Assembly: GCA_963731795.1 (NCBI GenBank) | Contig: CAVSWU010000003.1 | Span: 1,222,216-1,286,215, forward strand | Length of the DNA: 64,000 bases | Reading direction: 5' to 3' | DNA from: an uncultured delta proteobacterium | GTDB taxonomy: Bacteria; Myxococcota; Myxococcia; Myxococcales; Myxococcaceae | In this document: positions 1 to 11,598 of the stretch, in pieces | Position numbering within the stretch: position 1 is the first letter of the stretch | How the letters are laid out: each line of letters starts with the position of its first letter | Translations under genes and position numbers: made by a program | The notes under the pieces: generated by a model | Told to the model about the DNA's origin: nothing | What the model saw: the letters and a program-made list of their open reading frames with translations, nothing else | Databases searched by the model: none

Positions 1-320
1 TCTGGGGCTCGCCTGACCCGGGCTACCGGCTGCGTCTGGTGCAGTACCTCGAAGGAGGCATGCGCGGGGCGGCCTTCCCCCTGAAGGAGGGGGACAACCT
101 GCTGGGTCGGGAGCAGGGCGATATCAGCTTCCCGACCGACGGCTTCGTCTCCGGGCGCCACGCGATCCTCACGGTCCGCAAGGATCAGCTCATGGTGCGA
201 GACGTCGGCTCCTCCAACGGCACGTTCATCCGCCTGGCGGGCCCCACCTTCGTGGACAACGGCGACCACTTCCTCATTGGCCGCCAGCTGCTCCGCGTGG
301 AGATCCAGGCGCTGGCCTGA
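1..320 (+). CDS. FHA domain-containing protein (5' end probably outside window)
   Basis: Frame is open to the window start. Translation has an FHA signature (GR..D..FP.D.FVSGRHA.L......V.D.GSSNGTF.R). GTG at 39 and ATG at 60 are possible internal starts. Confidence 0.6.
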   Translation, partial: WGSPDPGYRLRLVQYLEGGMRGAAFPLKEGDNLLGREQGDISFPTDGFVSGRHAILTVRKDQLMVRDVGSSNGTFIRLAGPTFVDNGDHFLIGRQLLRVEIQALA

Positions 321-365
321 AGCCCGGGCCGCGAGGCTTCCCACGCGGCCCGGAGCCCCCGGAAC

Positions 366-728
366 TCAGCCGTAGGAGCGCTCTTTCTTCTCTTGCTCCT
401 CCTTGCAGCGGATGCAGAGCGTGGTGACCGGACGGGCCTCCAGGCGCTTGGGGGAGATGTCCTCCTCGCAGCGCTCGCAGATGCCGAACGAGCCATCCTC
501 GATGCGCTGAAGCGCCTTCTCGATCTTCTGGAGAAGGAACTTCTCACGGTCCCTCAGCCGGAACACCATCGACTGGGCGTACTCGGAGGAGGCCTGATCA
601 ATCTCGTCTGGGAGATCATCGGTGTCGAAGCTGGACTCCTCCACCAGGGTCTTTTTCGCGCTCTCGAGCAGCGCCGTCTTGCTGTCCTCGAGCATCTTCT
701 TGTACCGCTTGAGATCTTTCTGGTTCAC
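366..728 (-). CDS. dksA: DksA/TraR-family C4 zinc-finger transcription factor
   Basis: 120 aa with a coiled-coil N-terminus and a C-terminal CxxC-x17-CxxC (ICERCEEDI...TTLCIRCKEE), typical of DksA. Confidence 0.8.
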   Translation of the reverse strand: MNQKDLKRYKKMLEDSKTALLESAKKTLVEESSFDTDDLPDEIDQASSEYAQSMVFRLRDREKFLLQKIEKALQRIEDGSFGICERCEEDISPKRLEARPVTTLCIRCKEEQEKKERSYG

Positions 729-857
729 AGCCTTCGCTCCGATGGGCGAGAAAAACGACCCCGTCCCCCTAAAAAAAAGGCCCGAAAGCTTTATTCACAT
801 GGACCGTAGTGTCAAGGTGCCCATACGTCCTGCTTGCTGGGAGAGAGGAGAATCATC

Positions 858-1739
858 ATGAGCGAGAGTTCGAAGTTCGACCGGGAATTCCTGCGCTCGG
901 CCCTCTCCCTGGCGGCCCGGACTGAGGTGGATCACTTCCTGTATATCTGCGACGTGCCGATCGCGCCGGAGGATCTGCGGGGGCGGCCGGCCCGGAAAAA
1001 GCTGATCTACGCGGTCACCTCCGACAAGATCGCGCAGGAGTATATCACCCGAAAGCTCCGGGCCCTCGTGATTCCCGCGTATGACTACTCGCGCACGGAG
1101 CGCGTGAAGGTGGCCCTCGTCTCCGCGCTCTCCCAGGGAGCGTTCAAGGAGGGGGACCTGGTCCTCTGCATGACGGGAAAGGTGGGCCGGGCCCCGGACA
1201 CCCTGATGCAGATGCGCATCGGCGGCTCGCTGGACGACCGGGTGGCCATCGAGGGCGTGAAGCTGGGCGAGGAGTTCAACTCGCAGGTGGTGGATGCGCT
1301 CATCCAGCTGGCGCTGCAGATCGGCCAGGAGGGCTTCGAGGGTCACCCCATCGGAACGATCATCACGATCGGCGACCACACGAGCGTGCTGGAGAAGAGC
1401 CGGCAGCTCACGATCAACCCGTTCCAGGGGCTCTCCGAGGCCGAGCGCAACGTGCTGGATCCGAAGATCCGCGAGGCGATCAAGAACTTCTCCGTGCTGG
1501 ATGGAGCGTTCGTCATCCGCGAGGACGGCGTGGTGCTGGCCGCGGGCCGCTACCTGTCGGCCGGGGACGAGATGGTGAAGATTCCCCTGGGCCTGGGAGC
1601 CCGGCACGCGGCGGCGGCGGGGATCACCTCGACCACGCACTGCATCTCGCTGGTGGTGAGCCAGACGTCGGGCGCGGTACGGCTCTTCAAGGGCGGCAAC
1701 ATCGTCCTGGAGCTGCACCAGACCGCGCGCCGGACCTGA
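858..1739 (+). CDS. diadenylate cyclase (DAC/DisA_N) domain protein
   Basis: The C-terminal LGARHAAAAGITSTTHCISLVVSQTSGAVRLFKGG matches the DAC catalytic motif (GtRHRAA...vVSEEtG). GGAGAGGAGAA RBS precedes the ATG at 858; the ORF track starts at 834. Confidence 0.7.
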   Translation: MSESSKFDREFLRSALSLAARTEVDHFLYICDVPIAPEDLRGRPARKKLIYAVTSDKIAQEYITRKLRALVIPAYDYSRTERVKVALVSALSQGAFKEGDLVLCMTGKVGRAPDTLMQMRIGGSLDDRVAIEGVKLGEEFNSQVVDALIQLALQIGQEGFEGHPIGTIITIGDHTSVLEKSRQLTINPFQGLSEAERNVLDPKIREAIKNFSVLDGAFVIREDGVVLAAGRYLSAGDEMVKIPLGLGARHAAAAGITSTTHCISLVVSQTSGAVRLFKGGNIVLELHQTARRT

Positions 1740-1760
1740 GGCGGTGCTGGGAGAGGCCCC

Positions 1761-2321
1761 CTACTCCGCCTTCTCCCCGGCCCCTCGCTCCTCGCGGTAG
1801 ATCTCCGCGAGCTGGTGGGCTCGCTCGATCTCGTCACGGGCCGCATCCACCGCGAGCACCTTCTCGATGCGCTCCACCTGCTCGCGCATGGCGCCGCTGA
1901 CGAGGGTGCCCGCCACCAGCCGCGCCGAGGCGCTCTGGCGCTCGGTGCGCAGCTCCTGGACGCGTGTCCCCACGTCGTTGGCGGCCTCCAGCAGCAGCCG
2001 CGAGTCCGGCTCCACGCGATCCAGGGAGTCCTTCGTGGACTTGAGCAGGGCCTCCGTCTGCTCCCGATCCCGCTGGAGCACCTGCATGGCCTTCGTGTCT
2101 CCGCGGGACTCGGCCACCTTGGAGCGCTCGGCGATGTCCGCCAGCCGGCGCGCGTAGCGCTCCACCGAGCGCGTCAGCTCGCCCTTGAGCGCGAGCAGCG
2201 TGGCCGCGGACTTTCGGGCCTCGGCAGCCTGGCGTTCCAGGTCCTCAATGAGCTGATCGAAGGCCGCCAGCGGGTCCGCGGGCTGGGTCTCCTTCTTCTT
2301 TCGCCAGAAAAGGAAGGGCAT
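1761..2321 (-). CDS. PspA/IM30-like coiled-coil protein
   Basis: 186-aa all-helical protein whose heptad organisation resembles PspA/Vipp1. It lies immediately downstream of the vWA gene on the same strand. Confidence 0.4.
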   Translation of the reverse strand: MPFLFWRKKKETQPADPLAAFDQLIEDLERQAAEARKSAATLLALKGELTRSVERYARRLADIAERSKVAESRGDTKAMQVLQRDREQTEALLKSTKDSLDRVEPDSRLLLEAANDVGTRVQELRTERQSASARLVAGTLVSGAMREQVERIEKVLAVDAARDEIERAHQLAEIYREERGAGEKAE

Positions 2322-2335
2322 GTCCGGGCGCCAGC

Positions 2336-4636
2336 CTACCCGAATGGACGGCAGAGGAGGCGAACCCTCGCGAGGCTGTCCTGGAGAGACTTTCCTCCCA
2401 CGGCCAATGCCCCCAGGTACCGGGCGGGCGTCAACTGATAGATGCCCAGCAGGTGCTGGAGCAGCACCACGCTCTCGGTGGCCCGGCGGTCCGCGGGCGC
2501 CAGCGAGGCGGCCTCGGCGATGGCGTCCAGGATGTCCGTCACCCGTGCCAGCACGTCCTTGCCCACGGCCTCGCGGGTGGGAGCCTGGACCTGCTCGGGG
2601 AAGAGCGCGTCGAAGGAGGCCTCCACTGCCACCGTCGAGGTGACGGCGCCGCGCTTGGAGGCCACGGCCTCCAGCGCCTCCAGGTGCGGCCAGAGCGCCT
2701 CGAGGTTGTCCGGAGTCTCGGGCGCGTCATGCGGGAGCAGCGTGCGCCAGGGCGCATCGAACTCGGTGCGCGCCCACTGGATCTCCTCGTCGGAGAGGTG
2801 GTGGTAGAAGGCGCGGCCGCCCTGGGAGCGCTGCTCCTGCACCAGGGACTTGAGGTCCGTGTTCTCCTCGCCCAGCGAGATGAAGCTCAGCGCGATGGTC
2901 AGCGAGTCCATGGGCGCGCGGGTGCGGCGGACGAGCTCCATGTCCACCCGGTCCTCGCCGTCGGTGATGAGCACCACGGTGGCTCGGGCGAGGTACGGAT
3001 CCCTCCCCTGCGCCGCCCGGATGGAGTCGAACGCCGACATCAGCGCCAGGGTGATGTCCGTCTGGCCCTCGGCGGGCGAGTGCCGGAAGAGCTTCTCGAT
3101 CTGCCGGGTGGCCTCGGCGGCGGTGTCCACGCGGGACAGCTCCGTGGGCGAGTCGTTGAAGAAGGAGAAGTACAGCGGATCGAAGGGCAGCCCCTGGCGG
3201 GCCTTGGCGCGCAGGTTGTTGAGCTCGGCGATGATGATGGCATCGCGGAACCGGGCCCGGGCGCCGTGCATCGAGCCGGAGGCATCCAGCACGTAGACGC
3301 GCACGGCGGTGCGCTTCATCTTCTTGGGCTTGGGCGGCGGCTCCTCCTCCAGGTAGGCGCGCACCATCTGGCGGTTGGCGGCCAGATCGTAGACGAGCAG
3401 CCGCGGATCCGTGACGACGAAGTTGTGCACCTCGTGGAGGCTGCCCGTCGTCTCGAAGTTCATCATCTGCGTGGGGTACGGCACGCGCTTCGGGACGGGG
3501 CGCAGCGCCTGGGTGTCCACCTGGACGATGTCTTCGGAGAGCGAGTCCTCCACGTCGAAGTAGCGAGCGCAGCCCGCCGCCAGCTCGAAGGCCGCGAGCT
3601 GCTCGGGATCGAGCGAGAAGGCCAGGTCCGCCAGCAGCTCGTCCGCGCTGGACTTCTTCGGCGCATTCTCCTGGAGCCCCTCCTCCACCTCCCCTTCCTC
3701 CACGAGGGGCTTCTCGCCAAACCAGCGGGACAGCTCCTGACGCTCGGCCTGCTCCACCATGGCCCGCGTCTTCCCGTTGTTGGGCAACATCGGCTCCAGC
3801 GCGGAGCGGACCGCCGCGGCGAGCTGCGTGTCCCCTGCCTCCACCGCCCGCTCATAGAGCCCCTTGAGCGATTGGTAGGCCTCTCCCGGCGAGCGCCGGG
3901 CGGTGTTGCGGACGTGCTTCACCAGCTCGTGCAGCGAGCGCACGGTCGGACTGGCCCGGGTGCGCTCGCGCGCCTCGACCACCTCCCGGCGGAGCAGCAC
4001 GCCACGATCCCGATCGTGGTCCGAGCCCAGCCGCAGCAGCATCTCGTGGGCCAGATCCAGATCGCGCCGCTTCTGGAGCACGTCATCCACGTTCTCCCGC
4101 GCCCGCTCCGCGAGGAACTCGGCGATCGCCATGCGCGCGCTGGTGGGCGCTCGGCCCTGCCAGGCGTGGGCGCGGCGCGGGAGGATCTCGAACGGCGGAG
4201 GCTGGGCTCTCGGCGCGGCGGCGAATACGTCCGCCACCTTCACCACCCGCGCGAGCTGCACGAAGGCCCGCTCCAGCGACGTCCGCGCTCCTGGCGGCAT
4301 CTCCCCCGCTCGGCGCGCGCGCTCCACCTGACGCAGGCGCGTCTCGAACTCCTCCAGCGCCTCGTGGGCTCGGGCTCCCAGCGCCTCCGCGAGCTGGCCC
4401 GCCCTGCCCTTGCGCACGCCGAGTGAGCGCAGCAGGTGCGCGTCCGCCAGGGTGTGGACCCCCACCCGATTCAGCTCACGATCCAGCGCCGCGATGGTGG
4501 GGAACGAGAGCTCCACCTCCCCAGGCGCCATCAGCCCGAGCGCCCAGCCCACCATGCCCGAAGGGCGAGCGACATTCTGCTGGAGCACATCCAGCCGCGA
4601 GCGCAGCTCCGTGAGGCGGGGGGCCAGCATGCTCAA
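2336..4636 (-). CDS. large von Willebrand factor A (vWA) domain protein
   Basis: 766 aa. It has a clear vWA/MIDAS core (VYVLDASGSMHG ... LITDGED) and sits downstream of the AAA+ ATPase, like ViaA/NorD/CbbO-type partners. Confidence 0.8.
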   Translation of the reverse strand: MSMLAPRLTELRSRLDVLQQNVARPSGMVGWALGLMAPGEVELSFPTIAALDRELNRVGVHTLADAHLLRSLGVRKGRAGQLAEALGARAHEALEEFETRLRQVERARRAGEMPPGARTSLERAFVQLARVVKVADVFAAAPRAQPPPFEILPRRAHAWQGRAPTSARMAIAEFLAERARENVDDVLQKRRDLDLAHEMLLRLGSDHDRDRGVLLRREVVEARERTRASPTVRSLHELVKHVRNTARRSPGEAYQSLKGLYERAVEAGDTQLAAAVRSALEPMLPNNGKTRAMVEQAERQELSRWFGEKPLVEEGEVEEGLQENAPKKSSADELLADLAFSLDPEQLAAFELAAGCARYFDVEDSLSEDIVQVDTQALRPVPKRVPYPTQMMNFETTGSLHEVHNFVVTDPRLLVYDLAANRQMVRAYLEEEPPPKPKKMKRTAVRVYVLDASGSMHGARARFRDAIIIAELNNLRAKARQGLPFDPLYFSFFNDSPTELSRVDTAAEATRQIEKLFRHSPAEGQTDITLALMSAFDSIRAAQGRDPYLARATVVLITDGEDRVDMELVRRTRAPMDSLTIALSFISLGEENTDLKSLVQEQRSQGGRAFYHHLSDEEIQWARTEFDAPWRTLLPHDAPETPDNLEALWPHLEALEAVASKRGAVTSTVAVEASFDALFPEQVQAPTREAVGKDVLARVTDILDAIAEAASLAPADRRATESVVLLQHLLGIYQLTPARYLGALAVGGKSLQDSLARVRLLCRPFG

Positions 4637-4688
4637 GGCCTCCCGAGAGCCGCCTCACGCGGCACACCGAGCTGACAGTCCCAAGCAC

Positions 4689-7258
4689 TCACAGCGCCGA
4701 CCGCATCTCCAGCACGCGCTTGCTGAAGCGCCCGAAGTCCTCATCGATGCCACGCAGCTGGAGCGCCAGCTTGCGCGCGGCCTCACCCAGCTCACCCGGC
4801 ATCGCCCCGAGCGTGCCCAGCACGCCCCCGAGCCGCACCAGCTCACCTTCCTTGAGCGCGAGCAACGGGAACCGGCTCCGCACGAGCCGCTCGAAGGTGC
4901 GCCCCGCATCCGCCTTCCCCTTGAGGGCCTCGAGCTCCGGCGTCAGCGCGGTCAGCAACTGCGTGAGCCAGCTCCGCAGGTACTTGATGCGTGTGTGGGC
5001 GAAGACCAGCTCGGCCTGCGCTACTGCCTGACGGACGCCATCCGAGAGGAACGAGGCCGCCGACTGGGGCCGCGCGAAGGCGAGCTGGTTGTCCAGCCCG
5101 AGCAGCGCGGCGAGCTCCCCGTCCGGAGCGCGGACGGAGAAGCTGTTGCGGTAGAATGTGTAGGCGTCGCCGTTGATCACGGCGCTGGGGGCCGGAGGCG
5201 GGCTCGTCACCTCACGCGCCAGCGTGCGGGCGTGCTCGACGAGCCGCTGCTCGATGATGTCGCGGCACTCGGTGATGATGGCCTCGGGAGGCACACCCTC
5301 CTGCCGGAGGTTCTCCGCCACCATCTGCGCGGCACGTGCGTACTGCTCGATACGGTCGAAGGGCGTCGTGCCCAGGACCTGCTTGGCGTAGGCCAGCCCG
5401 AGCGGCTGGAGCAGCTCCTGCTTCAACCCAGGCTGCGACGGGTCCAGCGCCTGCAGCGACTTCTCCAGTTGGGTGAGGCGCCGCGAGTCCGTGGAGAGCG
5501 CCTCGAATGGATCGCGCTTGCCCGCGGGCCTCGGCGCCTGGAAGGCCGCCGCCGCGCGCCGCCGCAGCGAGGCCACCACCCGCCGGCGCACCGCCATATC
5601 CGCCACCCGGAGCCGCTCCATCGCCGCCGGAGCGCCCTCGGCCAGCAGGCCCGACAAGGCGGACACCTGGGAGATCTCCTCCTCCAGGTTGTCAGCCAGA
5701 GCGACCATCCCTTCGATCTTGAGCCCGTCCTCGAACTCCACGCCCTCGGCCGACAGGGCGATCATCTCCAGCATCTGCTCCAGCAGACGCGCGGAGGCCT
5801 CGCACAGCGGGCCGAAGTACGAGCGCAGCTCGGGGACGGACCGGGACAGCTCCAGCGCGTCCTTGAAGGACGTCAGGAGCTGGAGCCCACCGCGCCCCTC
5901 GGGCGTACTGGCGGCCCCGGCGGCGCCCGGCTCATTCTGCGAGCTCATCCCACGCGCCAGCCGCTGCTCCACCGCCGTGATGAGCCCGCGCGCCGCTCCC
6001 AGCAAGGGAGCCCGGTTGTCCTGGTGCCGCGGGCCCGGGACGAGCTTCACCAGCAGCCGCTGAGCGGTAATCGACGCCAGACCGGGCTGGAAGCTGCGCG
6101 CCAGCGCCTCGGCGGCCGACACATCCTCCGCGGCGGCCAGCGAGGTGGCCTCGCGCTCCACGCCGGAGACCAGCTCGTTGCGCACCTTGGCGAGTGTCTC
6201 GTCGAACGTCTTCTGCTCCAGCCGGACGATCTCGAGCTGGGCCCTCTCGCGCGGATCCACCGCCACCTTGAGGAGCGCCTCGGCCTCGGCGGCTGGCGGT
6301 CCCCCGAGCAGGAAGAACCAGCGCAGCGCCTCCAGATCCTCGATGGTCGCCTCGAGCTGCCGGTCCGGGTGCTGGTAGATCTGATCTCGCACCACCGCGG
6401 CCTTGAGCGCCCACAGCGCCTTCACCACCGAGCGCTGCGAGAAGTACTTGGTGGGCACGTAGTCGGGCAGCTTGGACACCTGCGCCGACAGCGAGCGCTC
6501 CAGCCCATCCGCCAGCAGCTCCACGCCCTCGAGCACCTGGCTGGAGACCTTCACCTTCTCCACCGCCTCCTGGAGCAGATCGAGCTGCTGCAGGGTGAGC
6601 ACGGCCGCGGAAGTCCGGCCGGGCGCCGTGCATGAAGCGGTGGAGCATCGCGGCGCGGCTGGCGCGCCGGGCGAACGACTTGGGCACGAAGGCGATGAAG
6701 CTGAGCCGGTCCGCGAAGGCCAGCAGCAGCTCCGGGCGAGCGCGCCAGTACCTCCGAGAGGTACCGGTTGCTCGTCATGATGGCGCACTCGGTGCGCCCG
6801 GTCGTCACCCGCCGGCCGTGCTTGAGCTCGCGCTCGTGCAGCACGTTGAGGATGGAGCGCAGCAGCATGTCGCGCCCGTCGAACACCTCGTCGAGGAACG
6901 CGTGGACGGCGCCGAGCATGCCGTCATCGGTGATGTACTCGGTGCGGCCCGTCTCGGTGAGCACCTTGAAGTCCACCGGGCCGATGAGGTCCGTCTGCAC
7001 GGTGGACTCGGCGATCTGCTTGGCGAAGAGCGAGGGGCCGCCCGTCTTCTCATCGAGGATGCGCCCGAGCACCGCGCTGGCGATGGCGCTCTTGGCCGTC
7101 CCGGGAGGGCCCACGACGAGCACGTGCTCCCGGCACAGCAGCGCCAGCTCGATCTGGGTGAAGAGCGTCTCTCGCTCGAGGTACGTCTCGCGCAGTTCTC
7201 CGAAGAACCGTCGGAAGGCCTGCGCGGCGTGGGGATAGGATGGCGTGGGGTGGGTCAC
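4689..7258 (-). CDS. MoxR-like AAA+ ATPase with ~690-aa helical C-terminal extension (two frameshifts at ~6600 and ~6770)
   Basis: N-terminal Walker A VVGPPGTAKS with sensor motifs (MoxR/RavA-like). The translation continues through three frames: ...RYLSEVLARSP | ELLLAFADRLSFIAFVPKSFARR...ARPDFRG | AVLTLQQLDLLQEAVEK... The junctions are +1 shifts at G/C runs. Confidence 0.6.
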
Positions 7259-7309
7259 GGGTAGACGGGCGAAAGCGGGAAAGGCGGCATGTTAGTCCCC
7301 ATCTCGCGC

Positions 7310-7717
7310 TTATTTGAAGTGCACCGCACAGGCCCCATCCGGGCACTCCCGCCCGGCGATGCGGAAACGGTAGCGGGCGACCACGCGGTACAGCACATCC
7401 ACGAGCTGCCGCAGCCCCGGGACATAGTAGACGTAGAGCAGCTTGCCCCACACCCTGCGCCCCAGCGCTCGGACGATGGCCTCCGCGCCCTCGACGACCC
7501 GGCCATCCGCCTGGACGAGCTGCAAGGCCTTCTCGCACCGCTCGTAGGAGATGCCCGGGAAGGCCGCGAGCCCGCCCTCCTCACGGAACGAGCGCAGCTC
7601 CGTGCCCCGGCTGCCCAGCAATCGCTCGAGCTTCCGGGCTGCCGCGCTGCAGAGCCGGCAGTGCCCGTCAAACAGGATCACGTCATGCCCCGGGGGCGTG
7701 GTCATCAGCGCCGTCAC
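7310..7717 (-). CDS. DCC-family thiol-disulfide oxidoreductase (DUF393)
   Basis: HDVILFDGHCRLCS motif (DGxCxLC) at the N-terminus; ~135 aa. Confidence 0.75.
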   Translation of the reverse strand: MTALMTTPPGHDVILFDGHCRLCSAAARKLERLLGSRGTELRSFREEGGLAAFPGISYERCEKALQLVQADGRVVEGAEAIVRALGRRVWGKLLYVYYVPGLRQLVDVLYRVVARYRFRIAGRECPDGACAVHFK

Positions 7718-7858
7718 GCGTCACCTCTTGGTCCCCAGGTATAACGCTTGGTTGCGCGCCCGTGGGTGAATTCTGGAGTCACTCCACTGCACTCCTACGC
7801 GTGAGGTAGGCTGCGCCGGGAAGATTGCAGCGGTTCCTCCTTCTCCCCCAGGCACGCC

Positions 7859-9238
7859 ATGGACAGCCCGTCCCCCCTCGCGCTTCATCCCGCGTTGCTT
7901 CCTCCCGGCACCGAGGTTGGGGCCTGGCGCGTGCAAGCCTGGGCTGGCGGCGGGGCCCACGGCGCCGTCTACCGCGCCGTGCCCCGGCAGCGCGAGCGTG
8001 CCTTGCCCGTGGCCCTGAAGGTGGCACTGCACCCGGAGGACCCTCGCTTCGCCCGCGAGGTGGTGCTGCTCTCCCGAAGCGAGCACCCCAGCATTCCTCA
8101 CCTGGTGGACCAGGGCTCCTGGCAGTCTCCCTCCGGCACGCTCCACCCTTTCCTTGTCCTGCAGTGGGTGGACGGCGAGCCCTTGTATGAGCAGGCCCAG
8201 CTTCACCCTCCAGCTCCCGCGCGGGTGCGGCTCTGGCTGGCGCAGTTGGCTCAGGCCCTGGCAGTCCTCCATGCACAGGGCGCTGTCCACCGAGACCTGA
8301 AGGGCGGCAACGTCCTGGTGCGCCGCTCCGACGGCCGCGCCATGCTCATGGATTTCGGCACCGGCCTCTACCCGGGCACCGCTGCTCTCACCCCGGTCAT
8401 GGGCTTTCCGGGCACCCCGCTCTACCGCTCCCCTCAGTCCTGGCTCTTCGAAATCCAATTCCACGGCAGCACCACCGCGCTCTACCGGCCCTCCGCAGCC
8501 GATGACCTCTACGCCCTGGGCGTCACCGCGTGCCGGCTGCTCACTGGCGAGTACCCGGAACTCTCCGAGCCCTTCCGGGATGAGCACGGCACCTGGCGCC
8601 TGAAAGGCGTGCGCCTGCCTCGCACGCTCCGGAACAACCTCGTCGTAGAGCCCTCTCTGCGCCCCTTCATTCTGCGCCTGCTCTCGCTGCACCCCGAGCA
8701 GCGCGGCACCGCGGCGCAGCTGGCGCAGGAATTGGAGCCCGTCTCACCCGTGAGAGCCTCCCGCTCCCACGTCAGGACTCGAGCGCATCGGAGACACGCA
8801 TGGCTCTGGTTGCCAGCAGCAGCGGCGGGGCTGGCCCTGGCCGTGTGGGCGGGGCGAACGGTTTCCCATGAGCCCGTGGAGCAGCCTTCCGTGGCACGCG
8901 CGGAGCCTGCGAGGCCCGACTCCGCGGATGCAGGGACCGCAGGGCTCGGTGACGCCGCCACGGTCGCGGCGCTGGACCCGCCGTCCTCTGGCTCCATGAA
9001 TGAAGGGATGATCGAGGACACCCTGCCCGAACCGCAGCCAGGACAGGTACGGCCCGATGAGAAGGGGCGTTGCCCAGGCAAGGGACTGGTTGCCCTCAAT
9101 GGAGCGTGCTGGGCCGAGTGGGAACCTGAGAAATGCGAGGAACTCGGCGGACAGATGTTCAAGGGCACCTGCTACGTGCCCTTCATCCATCCCGGCCGCA
9201 AGCGGCCCCCCACCTCCGGTCCTCCAAAGAATCCGTGA
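7859..9238 (+). CDS. eukaryotic-like Ser/Thr protein kinase, membrane-anchored
   Basis: G-loop WAGGGAHGAVY, VALKV, HRDLKGGNVLV, DFG. There is a TM segment after the kinase domain and a Cys-rich C-terminus. Confidence 0.85.
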   Translation: MDSPSPLALHPALLPPGTEVGAWRVQAWAGGGAHGAVYRAVPRQRERALPVALKVALHPEDPRFAREVVLLSRSEHPSIPHLVDQGSWQSPSGTLHPFLVLQWVDGEPLYEQAQLHPPAPARVRLWLAQLAQALAVLHAQGAVHRDLKGGNVLVRRSDGRAMLMDFGTGLYPGTAALTPVMGFPGTPLYRSPQSWLFEIQFHGSTTALYRPSAADDLYALGVTACRLLTGEYPELSEPFRDEHGTWRLKGVRLPRTLRNNLVVEPSLRPFILRLLSLHPEQRGTAAQLAQELEPVSPVRASRSHVRTRAHRRHAWLWLPAAAAGLALAVWAGRTVSHEPVEQPSVARAEPARPDSADAGTAGLGDAATVAALDPPSSGSMNEGMIEDTLPEPQPGQVRPDEKGRCPGKGLVALNGACWAEWEPEKCEELGGQMFKGTCYVPFIHPGRKRPPTSGPPKNP

Positions 9239-9397
9239 GGGCCTCACCCGGCACGTTGCTCCAGAGCAGCCCCTCCCTTGACCCGCCGCGCCTCTGTTGA
9301 ATGACAATGACATTCAGTTGGCCCCGAACCCGAGGATCGCCAATCTTCAGAAGGCGGCAGCGCTGCCCTGGAGAGATGAGGGGCGGTACGTGGTCCA

Positions 9398-9471
9398 AGA
9401 GGGGTCCATGCCCGACCGGTCGGGCATGCCCCGGCTGGAAGAGGGGGGTCCATGCCCGACTGGTCGGGCAT
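9398..9471. repeat. two tandem copies of a ~37-bp unit each containing a 22-bp perfect palindrome (CATGCCCGACCGGTCGGGCATG)
   Basis: Read directly in the convergent intergenic region between the kinase (ends 9238) and dnaK (ends 9685). Likely a bidirectional terminator or REP-like element. Confidence 0.6.
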
Positions 9472-9684
9472 GACAGAGGGAGCGCCGTACCCCACCTGCA
9501 GGGTTGGCCGCCCTGGCCGTTCAGCAGCCTGCCTCTGTCCAAGCACCCGTTTTCACTAGGATAACGCCACCTGGATCAGTTCTACAGTTGCGCGGCGGAC
9601 CGCTAAAACCCCCGCAGAAAAGAAGGGCCGGCACCCCCAGGGAGCACCGGCCCTTCTCACTTTCCTGGCCTCAGGCCGCGCCCG

Positions 9685-11598
<1,914 letters not shown>

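Noticed and set aside
2453-4426. Long antisense ORFs on the opposite strand of real genes (e.g. 2453-4426 +, 4410-6635 +, 10111-11826 +, 15325-16755 +, 44932-45960 +, 47354-48667 +)
   Set aside because: Typical high-GC artefacts. The translations are Arg/Ala/Gly/Pro-rich low-complexity sequence with no motifs, and each overlaps a strongly supported gene on the other strand.
6551-7258. Stand-alone 235-aa MoxR-like gene as given by the ORF track
   Set aside because: Its C-terminal ~70 aa in that frame are low-complexity nonsense. The authentic continuation is in the neighbouring frames, so it was merged into the 4689-7258 call.
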